A stretch of 64,000 bases of DNA from Moniliella sp. 'wahieum' (taxonomy: Eukaryota). The stretch's first letter is position 1. Every line of letters begins with the position of its first letter. The position numbers were made by a program, and so were the translations under genes. The stretch is taken from the NCBI GenBank assembly GCA_003971905.1, contig RSEE01000008.1, forward strand, positions 1,054,001 to 1,118,000, written 5' to 3'. The notes below the pieces were generated by a model. That model made no database searches. It worked only from the letters and a program-made list of their open reading frames with translations, and had not been told where the DNA came from. Positions 48,896 through 64,000 of this stretch are shown in pieces.

Positions 48896-50516
48896 AGGCG
48901 GCGGGAAGAAAGGCGAAGAGAATAGGTGGGGAGAAGAGCGCAGAGAAAAGCGCAACGAAAAGCGCAGAGGAGCGAGGCGAGTGAGGGCGAAGACTTGCGC
49001 TGGAAGCACAACAGCAGACAGCTCGGACGCGAGTCCAGCTGCCAGGGCAGGCGAGCCAAGCGGAGCCAAGCCGAGCCAAGCCAGGAGGCGAGGTCGTGGT
49101 GGCAAAAAGAAGAAGCCGCTGGCCACGCCTGCCGTCTTGGCCTCCTCTCCGATGCCACGCAGCATATAATAATGACCAACACCCGCTCTGCTCTCCTCGA
49201 CCCGCCTGCAGCCAGCCCTCTCGGGGCTCTGGCGCCAGCGGGTGCCACCAGTACCCAGTACGCTCCCCGGGTGCTCCCAGGTGCGACCGCACGCTGCCCC
49301 CCCCCGCGCTTCCCGCGCGCCACATGTCTCTCCCGCGCTCCGAGGCGTGAGGAGTGCACTGCCCCCTGCTGTCCCGATCCCCAACGATGGTCCGACAAGG
49401 GTTCCCTGCTCGCATCCGAGACATTATAATCCGATACACTCCCGCCATGCCGCTACGTCTGGCGCTCCGATGGCCCATCAGTGAAATTACTATCCCTCGA
49501 ACATAACTGTGACATGTGATGCATGCTGCATCGGTCGTGTGACGGCCACCGCAAATCGCCCTTGTGATGCCTTGTTGTGCCATGCGTGCTCACTATATAG
49601 CTCACTAGCTTCAAGCTTCACTAGCTTCACTAGCACTGAGTACTCAACTGAGTACCGACTACTGACTACTGACTACTGCGTGCGCCTGGCCACCACATGG
49701 CTGGCCTCTTTGGGCCCGCCGCACATGGGGCGGCAGCTGCGTAGCTACTAGTTCCATGGGCGAGGAGGAGCGGCAGCTGTGCCGCGCTCCCCTTCGTCCC
49801 ATCCGCCTGCAACGTGGCATGAAACCCGCTGTGGTGTCCTCCAGCGCTCATCTCATCGACATCTCAGTCGATCTCAGATCTCATCCATCTCATCTTCCCT
49901 CGTACGACGCGGATGAGAGATTGGAGATTGAAAGATCGCGTTGGGAAGTGCCTCCTAGATCCCTCTCCACAACCTCTCCCGCGTGGAGTGGCCTAAGTGC
50001 GTCCTTTTCCCCGCAAGCGCACTGGGGCGTCCCAACCAACACACACCTGTCCTACGTACTTTGTTTCCCCGTCTGCCACAGTGAATGGACAAGAGAGGGA
50101 CCGAGCGAGGTTGGGTTAGGCCGGAGGCTGGATCGGTAGTCAGAAAATACAAGGGAACGGGGGGACGGGAGAACGGGGAACGGGGGAAAGGGGGCGAGGG
50201 GGAAATGGGAGGGAAGGAGAGAAAGATTGGGGTTCTGCGGTTGTGTTGGGGGGTTGGGGGAGAGCTGTTGAACGTTGATGCAAGGGTATGGGGCTGCAAT
50301 GAAACGCAAACGAATGGAAGGGGGTGAGGGGTGGGGGGGGGAAAGTGCCGAGCCCTCAAGGCGAGGGTTCAAGAGGGGGATTGAGATAAGTAGGAGGTAA
50401 GAGGTAAGAGGTAAGAGGTAAGCCGCCTAGGTAGGCGGTAGACGGGTAGGGAGGATCGAATACAGCGGGGTACGAGAGGAGCGAGACGACGGGGGCACCG
50501 CGAAACAAAACCAGCC

Positions 50517-53500
50517 TCACCTGTGATGCTGGTAGAACGAGTCGCGGTCAAACTCAAATGGCCCCGTGGAGAAGGAGGAGCTGATGTGCGGGTGGGCCGG
50601 GTTGGACCAAGTGGTGTGCGCGAGCCCAGGTCCAGGCGCGGTGCTGGACGCTGCAGGCGCAGAGGCGGGCTGCAGCGGCGGCATGGCCGCGCTCGGCTCG
50701 CTCGACCACACATCCATCTCCGTCTCGGGTAAGGCGGGGGGGGGGGCCCAAGGGCGCAGCGACCGTATCGAGCGGGTAGGACGCCAGGTGCGGCGCCAGG
50801 CCTCGGCCGGACAATGCACTACTCTCGCTGGGTCCGCGGACAAGCCCACTGCCGCCCGCTGGCGCATACGAGTCGGACGTGTACGTGCTGGACGCAAGCG
50901 AGGCGCCTCCTACCCTCGACCCTCGCTGGGCCACCGAGCCTACTGTGCTCGCTGCCCCAGCCGCTCGGCGCCAGTAGGCACCGTGGGCACAGGAGGCGCC
51001 TCTCCCCACATGCTTGAACCGATCATGGTACCTGCGCCCGGGGCTCACCGGCGTGGTGGGCGACGGAGGCGCCTCGTACGCTTCGTACTCAATCGGCGTC
51101 CCGCTCCGGTCCCCGGCTCGTTCCGAGACAAATCGGTCTTCGCCCGTATACGGGTACGTGTAGCTGTCGGTCCCGGCCTTGGTGGCGAACACATCGGGCT
51201 CGGCATCAATGAGCCGAATGTCCTTGTCGGTGCTCAGGTCGGCCGGCAGCGGGGCATCGGAGGCGGGTTGTCCATCCGGATCACCGACCCATACGCGTCA
51301 TCCACCAAGGTCAATGTGCTGCGTGTGTCATTGGCTTTCCACGCTGACGACGAAGGCGCAGGCGTCTCCCATGTAGCCTCCCGATCCCCTCCGGGCAGTG
51401 GCTTGATCGGGTCCAGCATCGGTCCACTGGTCATCGACAACCGGTCCCGCGTCCAGGCCGGGCCCAGACGATAGCCATCCACCAACTCGGCCAACGAGTC
51501 GCCCGAGCGGCGCGTCGGGTGGCGCGAGTGCCAGCCGACTGGCGGCGGTGGGTTTTCCAAGTCGGTCGCCAGGCTGTCGAGCGGCGGGGGGGAGGCCTCG
51601 GTCGCAGTACCCAGGCGGCGACGGCGGCGTTGGGCATGCCGTTCGTTCCGATGCGCCAGACCGAGGCGGTCTTTGAGATCGCCAGCCACCCACTGTTCCC
51701 GCACAATGTCGTCGTCGCCAGGGGAAAAGCAGATGCGCCAGGCATGGTACACAAATCGGGCAGCAGCGACGCGATCACCGTCAGTGCCAACGTGGCCCAG
51801 AACAGCACCGAGCCATACAGCCAATATGCCACATCGTCAAAGATAAACGAGTTGAACGCCGAATAGATCGCAGCAAAGATGAAAAAGGAAATCGAGCCCA
51901 CCTCAATTACCCAAAACAGCCACGTCCAGTAGTTGCTGATGATGGCCGCGACCAAATTGGCACAAGTCACCGCAGCGCCGGCGACCGTCATGCCAAATAG
52001 GTACATCCCACCCATGTCGTGCCCACTTGCATTGGCCACGGCAAAATTGTGAGCCATAGCCCAGGGGATGAAGAAGCACACGACCGACTGGTACACCGCG
52101 TCAAAGATCCACTCGAAAAAGATCCGACGTGTAGTAGGCACCGGTGATACCTTTGACGTAGGTCTCGGGGACAGCCAGCAGCGCCGTCGCGTTCACATCT
52201 TGGTCCAGGGCTCCGAGAATGATGCTGGGCAGGCTGGTAAAGATCAAATTGAACAACAAGACGAACGGGTAAGGGACGATAGGTGCCGTCAAACTCACTG
52301 TGCGTCCAGACAAAGACAAGAGGTCAGCCAACGCGCCAATGGCAGCACAGCCAACACAAAGCAGACAAAATCAAGAGAAACAAGGGGACGTACACCATGA
52401 GCTGGAACCAGGCCAGGACCAAGGTCCAAATCAGGTTCTTGAAGAAAAACACACAGTGCATCCGTGCGATACGCACCACGGACCAGTGGCCATGGACGAG
52501 GAGAAGACGGACGAGGAAGCGGAACTGGCCAACGGCATAGTCGGCCGACATGGCCGCCTGGGCCCCCTCGCGCCCGGCAATGCCTACACCGCAGTGTGCT
52601 TCTTGAATCATGGCCACATCGTTGGCTCCATCGCCAATGGCAAGGGTCATCGAACCGCGGCCCTGTTTGACCAGCCGTACCACTTGTGCCTTCTGAGCCG
52701 GCGATACACGGCAACACACTACCGCCTCACAGTTGGTGCTCAGCCCGAGGAACAACTCCTTGGTCTCCTTGTCCAACGCCCACTTGAGCGTCTCTCCGTC
52801 AATCACCACCGCAAACCATCCTTGGGAGCCGCGGTGGGAAGAGTGGGATCGCGAGGAGCCGCGCGCGTCGTCTTTCCGACCAAGATGGGTCGGCCTGCTG
52901 CGGCGACCTTGTCACAGGCAGCTTCAATCTGCGCTTTCGCCGCCACAGCCGAGTCGGAAGAGATGATAAAGATGTCCATGTCGGTCGAGAGCAAGTTGCA
53001 GCTGAACCCAATCTCGATCGCCGTCTGCAACTTGTCCCCGGTCAAGATCCACAGTTTGATCCCCGCCCGGCGCAACTGAGCAATCGCATCGGGCGCACCC
53101 TGTTGCAGCTTGTCTTCCAGCGCCGTTGCGCCCAGCAAATACAACCCTTCCTCAATCTCGGCCGCCGACGCATCCAGCTTATCGTCGCGGTCCGTCAACG
53201 CCGCTGCCGCCGCCGCATGGCCCACGGACCAAGCCGTGTACTCTTCCTCGGATAAGTACTTGTACGCCACACAAAGCGTACGCAGCCCCGCATTGGCAAA
53301 CGTTTCCAAGTCCTTGATGGTGCACGCCTTGAGTTCCGGATCGTGATCGAGGGCAAGGCGTTCGTAAATGACCGAGTCGGCTCCTTTGATCAGTAGGATG
53401 ATTCGCCGTGAGCCCGTCGTCTCGCGCAGAATGGTACTCATGCGCTTGCGCGTCGAATTGAACGCAAGTACCTGCAGCGGCTCGTACCGTTCGGTACGTC

Positions 53501-56186
53501 CTTGCACTTCAATCTCTACCGACTGCGTCGTGCGCTGGAGGAAGACACACCCCATGTCTCGCGCAGCCGCCACCAGCGCCGCTTCGTCCGGCGACTCGGC
53601 CTTGTACTCAATCTTGGTTCCAGACTTGTCCACAAGCGCTGTGTGGCAGAGTGCCAACGCACGGAAAAAGCGCAACGCATCGTCCTTTTCTTTCGCGCCC
53701 GTCTGCCCTGCCAGCGTACGCGCCAGCGGCGTGCTGACGATCGTCATCTGGTCCGGCTGGAGGTACTTGTTAGGGCAACCGTCGGTGAACACTTGCAACA
53801 TCGTCTGCTTGTCCTGCACCAATTTGGCCTCCTCTTCCTCCATGTCCTTCTCGGTGACCAGCTTGCCTTGGCGACGCAGCGAACCGACCATGGCCTCCGT
53901 CATGCCGTCCCCATACGCCACGCCGGCCACCGAACATTTCTTAAACTCCATCACGTTTTGCGTCAACGTGCCCGTCTTGTCTGAAAACACATACTCGATC
54001 TGCCCCAGATCGTCGGCAATGTTCCACGTCTTGGGCACACACGGATAATCCAGTGGTTCATAGTACATCTCCGCATCCCGATAGATAAACCACGCTTGAA
54101 TCGTCTTGACAATTTCGATCGAAATGTAGAGCGAAATGGGGACGATGTTCTGGAACGCAATCATGGTCGAGCTAGGTAAAGCAAATGGGTTAGTATATCC
54201 AACCAAAAAAAATGTCGGGCGCTTGCCGCCCCCCCCGCCTTCCCCCCAAAAAATACTCACAAGAAGAGGATGATGCCGTTGGCAGCAGGCGTGGAGCCGT
54301 AGAGGGAATTGCGTTCGTAGTAGGTGCGCGACGTATCCGTCTTGCCGCTAAACACGCCACCCAGGATGCCGCAGACAAGGCACATGAGAATGAGAATGAT
54401 AAAGTTGATCAGCACATTAAAGTTGGTCTCCTTTTCGATTTTCGACCGCTTGGACGGCGTCTCGCCCGAGTTGAGCATAATTTTCGTATCGGCGCCGGTA
54501 AACACGACCAGGCCCACAACCCAGCGGGTATTGCGCAACGTGCACCCGCGCAGCAGCAGCTCGTCAATCGTCACTGGTTCAATCTTGGTTTCGCCCGCCC
54601 CTTTGGCCGGGGGAGGGTCAAAGACAAAGGCTGGCTTGCCCGAGGAGGAGGCGCCGCTGGAGGTGGGCGTGTCGAGAGAAACACGCACCGGGGTGTACTC
54701 CAAGACAGCGTTGAACGCATACAAGTTGGGGTGCGGAGCTTCCACATCCACCACGAATCGCGCTCGCTCCAGGTCGGCCTCGGTCTGGATGCCTTGGGTT
54801 ACCTTGACAGCCCGGCGGGGTTTGAGGTTGGTTTCGCCGTCCAAGTTTTGGTTTCGACGTACGCCTGGCCATCCTCGTCCGACGTGGCCAACACAATCAT
54901 GTCGGCCGGCACCTCATTATCCTCCTGCAGCAAAACAAGGTCGCCCACCTCGATTTTTTTCCACAGCGTGCGTTCCCACGCCGCCGTGCCCGACACCTGA
55001 GTCGTTGGGTCCACCACCTCGGCCGGCGGGGCCGCCGTTGGGTCGACGGCGGTGGTGCTGGACCACGAGGGAGCCATATTCGTTGGCTCAAGAAGGTTGT
55101 GCCGGCTCTGTCCGGCATCGGGTGCGAACGCGCCATACGTCTCGTCCCGTTTCCTGTCCTGCTCCTCCGCTTCCTCGGCCGGCCCGGCCGCCGACAGTTG
55201 CTGGAGCGCTATTGGTTCCCCCTTGGCATATTCGGCGCGAAGCTTGCGCACTCCCTTGGAGGGTTTGGAGGTGGAGCGAGGACTGGAGAGACCCAACAGA
55301 CGGCGGAACCAGCCGCGTGCGTCAAGGGGTTGGTTGACGTTGCGCCATCCGGCGCCGAGGCGGGAGACCTGTTCGTTGTTTACTGTATTGTCGAGCAAAT
55401 GACGGCGGTAGTCCTCAATGCCGTCCTTGATGGCGGTGATGGCCAAGATGGCAACGAGCGGCAGCATCGAGATCTGCGGCACGGACGCGCCCGCGGTAAA
55501 CTCGACGCGCAATTGGAGAAAGATGAGGACGAGGAAATACGTTGGCAATGCGGCGAAATTGTTCAAACAGAAACTTGGGCAAAAAGGAAAGGGGTGTACT
55601 TGGCGGTGCGCACCTTGTTGCGCGCATACAGCGTGGGGCTCGCCGTGCTTGTTGAGCTCGCTGGCGGGGAGGGGGATGTTGACATAGACGCGTCTCCTGG
55701 CGGGCGGGGCCTTTCTCTTGGCCCGAGGGCTCGGTTCGTCCTTGGCGTCGGGCTCGGCGCCGTCGGCATCGGCGTCGGCGTCGGCTGCGGCCGAGGGGGG
55801 GCAGCAGGGTGCGGCTCGGGCGGCGGTTCGCAGATCCGACTCGCCCTCAACAAGCTCGACGGGGGGGAAGGTGGGCATGGGGTCGTGGGCGGTTTTGTGC
55901 GGGGCCGTGCGGCGGGAACGACGGGTGGAGAGCTTGGAGGCGACGCGGGAGAAGAACTGGGAGCCATGCTGGCGGCGCCGACGGGCTTTGGCCTGGTACC
56001 GGTCTTCGGACCGGTCGGCGGTCTGGAGGGACTCGGCATAGGAGTGGACGACGCGCAGGCGCAGGCCAGGGTCGGTGGTGGGGTCGTAGTCGGGCTGCTC
56101 GTGGGCGTCGCCGGCGACGAGGGCGTCCTGGTAGGCCTGGGCCAGCGGGCCGGGGGCGGGGTGGGGGCGGAGCGGGGAGGCGCCAT
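50517..56186 (-). CDS. P4-type phospholipid-translocating ATPase (Dnf1/Dnf2-like flippase)
   Basis: [92 protein letters not shown]-terminal TM helices. Ends approximate. Confidence 0.95.
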
Positions 56187-57059
56187 GGGGGGTGGGCCAG
56201 GGGGCCAGGGGGGGGATGAAGAGGGCGCGGGAGATGGAGGGGAGAGGGAGAGGCAGAGGCAGAGGGAGATGGGAATGGAGAGGCAGATGGGGACAACGAG
56301 GCTGGAGATGGAGATGGCAATGGAGAGGATGCGAGTGGCGCCGCACGAGGCGAGGAGCGGCTGTGGCTGCCACCGGCGGGCGATGGCTGGCGTCTGGCCT
56401 CAGGTGTGGCGGGTGAGGGTGCGGTGGGTGATGCATGATGGGTGCAGCGCGGCAGCGTGGATGCGGGTGGCACGGGGGCAGTGGGGGGGTGGAAGCCCGG
56501 CGGCCACGCAGGGGGTACTGCGGCGCGTCCGCGGCGGTGCGTGCTTGAGCTTGACGCGTGACGCTCTCCTTGCTGCTTGCTCCTTGCTGGGCCCTTAGGC
56601 CTAAGGCCTAAGGCCTAACCCTTACTCAGCCGCCAGATCTTCCGGCGACAAGTGTAGTGAACGTTCAACACGAGTCACTAGTCCAACGTGCCCCCCGCGA
56701 CCGCTCCCGCCCCCACCCCCAACCCCCAAACAAACGTTCAACACGACGCACGCGTGGCACACTGCCGCCCTGCCGGCATGCCGGCATGCCGCGCCGCCCC
56801 CTCGCGCGTCGCTGCTCCGCAGACTCCACCCCTCCACCGCCCCCACCCCCGCACCACGCCACTGTCCCACCCCACCCCATCCGCTGCTCCGCGCGCAACG
56901 CCCCGTCACGTGCCCTGTCACGTGCCCCCCTGCAGCATCAGCATACTCATCCTCATCCTCATGGCTCGCTCCAGCCCGTCTCTCCAAGCGACCCGCCGCA
57001 TGGGCAGACTATGGGCACGTCGTCTACGGCCGCTCACGGCGCCCTCCCGAGGGGTGGGG

Positions 57060-57107
57060 TAGCTCAAAACAGAGGAAATGGGGTGCTAGCTCAAAACAGA
57101 GGAAATG
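57060..57107. repeat. 21-bp direct repeat with 27-bp period downstream of the Kin1-like gene
   Basis: TAGCTCAAAACAGAGGAAATG at 57060 and 57087. Confidence 0.85.
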
Positions 57108-57258
57108 TAGAAAAGGGGCGTGCAAGGCCAAGGTGCCCCGCCCCGGCCATGACGGCTTGCCCTGAGGTACAGCCGAGAGCGGGGAGAACGAGTAGAGTAA
57201 GAGTAAGGGTAGGAGTAGAGCAGAGCAGAGCAGAAAGAGATGCTCTACCACGTCAGCG

Positions 57259-61934
<4,676 letters not shown>

Positions 61935-63172
61935 GGCGGGTGGGGGAGGGGGAGGGGGTGGGGGTGGGGGTGGAGATGGAGGTGGAGGTGAAGATGGAGA
62001 CGGAGATGGAGGTGGAGATGCGATGGAGATGCGATGGGAGGCGATGAGATGAGATGACCAATGCGATGTCTGCGCCCCACTTGGCTGGGCGCTGGGCGGG
62101 GAGGGCTGGCGGGCGCTGGCGGGCGCTGGCTGGCGCGGGTGGGCTAGGGTTGGCGCATGGCATGTGCCACGTCAGCGCGCAGGGCCGCGCATGCAGCATG
62201 CAGTGGGCGATGCGCAGCCCTGCGCGGGGGCGGGTGGTTCCGCCGGCCGTTCCGCCTGGTGAACGTTTCACACGACTCGTGCGCTGCCATCGATCAGCAC
62301 GATCCGTGTGTGCTGCGGCGGCGGGGGTCGATCTGGCGGGCGATGGGTGAGGATCGCTGGTGGCTGATCGTTCAGTTCGCTTTGCTCCCAGCCGCAAAGA
62401 TGCTCGGCCTCCCTCTCCCAACTGCCACAGCCCCACGCCTCTGCTCTGCCCCCCGCCAGCACCCTGGCCCAGCCACACCCCCCGCCAGCGCACCACGCCC
62501 ATAGCCCAGCCAGCCCCCAAACCCACCCCAGCGCCCGACAAGCGATACAGAACGGCGCTGCGAACTCAACCCCAACGCACACAGCACCAAACACACAATA
62601 ATCCATCAACATACACTAACACCACTGGAGGCACCATGCGGTGGGGGATGCGGAGCGCAACGGATACTACTACTCGTGCCGCATCAACAAAACAGAGCAA
62701 CAACGAGCATTAAACGGGTGCGTGGGGAGGGCGATCAAAAGGAATATGATGAAGATGAGGATGAGGATGAGGATGAAGATGATGATGGAAATGACGGTCG
62801 AGATGATGAAGAGCGCCGGATGGCGACGGTCGACCGTCGATACATGGTGGGGACGATGATCAAGATGGTGGGGTGGTGTGGTTTGGGTACGAGAGACAAC
62901 AACTTGAGAGCTTTTTTTTCTAGAGTTTCAACGAAGGATAGCGGTTCAAGTAGGCGGTTGGTTGAAGTAGAGGCGCACAGAAAGAAGGACAAGACAAGGG
63001 CGGGCACGACGTGCACAGCCCATCCAAACAAGAAACAACAGGGGGGGCAAGCGGCGAGCCAACCCGCAAGAACGCCACGGAGACAGACGCCCCCCTCCAT
63101 CCGGAAAGAAACAGAGGGCGGGGGGGGGACAACGCTCGCGCCGCAGCAGCGCGACAAGCGGCCTGCGACGGA

Positions 63173-64000
63173 CTATTCGCCCATGGCGGTATCCAGGTCC
63201 AAGTCCATCGCATCAAACTGCGGTGCGGTATCGGCATCGACGATGGCCTGCATCTCCTGCGCTTGCTTATGGTTGTGCCCGGGCCCGCCGCCGGCCAAGG
63301 CCTGGGCCTGGATCATCTCCACGGTGCGCTGACTGACACTAGGCTTGTTGGCCTGCATCTCAGCTGCCAAGCGTGCTGCCCGCGCCACCTCCTCCGGCGC
63401 CAACGTCCACGTCGACACCCACCGCCCTCCCATCTGCGCCCTTCTTGGCCGAACTGCCACCGCCATGCGCATGCAACACTTGCAGCCCCAACAGACCGTG
63501 CGAACCCGAATGGAGGTAATGGTACCGCAGCCCATTCAAATTCTTGTACGTCTTGCCACACTCGCCCACCTGGCACACGTACAGCGAGCCCGGATCCAAC
63601 GGCACACCCACCGCGCCCGGCACCGCCGCAGCCGCTCCTGGCAGACACGGCGCCCGAGCCACGGCGGAGGGGGAGGCGCCGCTGGTCAAGCCGGTCGGAG
63701 TGGCACCGGGACCGCTGGCCTGCTGGTTCACTCCGCTCGGCCCGGACCACGGGCGGGCAGAAAGCACGCGGCTGGCAGCTGAGCCTCAGCCCCCGTCTTG
63801 GACGCCCCACTCGCACCGCGTGCAGCCGCCGCCGCGGGAAGAGCGGGCGGGAACCGTGCCCGGGCCTAGCGCCGCTGCCGATCCCAGTGGAGCAGGGGGG
63901 ACGCCTGTGCCCCCCGCCGCCGGGGCGAGAGGCACGAGCAGGTTCTGGTTGCATTGCCCGTGCACCCGATGGTACTTAAGCCCATTGCTTGTACGCCTTG
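63173..64000 (-). CDS. SFP1: Sfp1-like split C2H2 zinc-finger transcription factor, 3' part only
   Basis: KAYKQ-NGLKYHRVHGQCNQN at the window edge and YVCQVGECGKTYKNLNGLRYHYLHSGSHG. Confidence 0.85.

Overview
GC-rich eukaryotic (fungal) genomic DNA with short GT-AG introns and CTRAC branch points. The gene families point to a basidiomycete, possibly Ustilaginomycotina (inference). Most genes are broken by single-base frameshifts, which look like uncorrected long-read errors, so many boundaries are approximate. Gene order: two tandem NYN-ribonuclease + multi-LOTUS(OST-HTH)-like repeat genes; RPL24; CRAL-TRIO protein; bZIP-like + DUF3425 factor; Cdc25-like rhodanese phosphatase; GILT thiol reductase continuing into a membrane protein; small mitochondrial-type protein; F-box/RCC1-like protein; tRNA-Ala(AGC); a large conserved uncharacterised protein; a 4.6 kb gene-poor gap; HDEL-ending PDI; 5'-nucleotidase; Axl2-like protein; split DUF3253 protein; P4-ATPase flippase; Kin1 kinase; the 3' end of SFP1. 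The best candidate for a new system is the pair of putatively mitochondrial NYN-LOTUS-array proteins: one has an intact active site, one is degenerate, and five introns sit at the same position in the repeat unit. Also notable are period-7 palindromic micro-repeats clustered upstream of gene starts.
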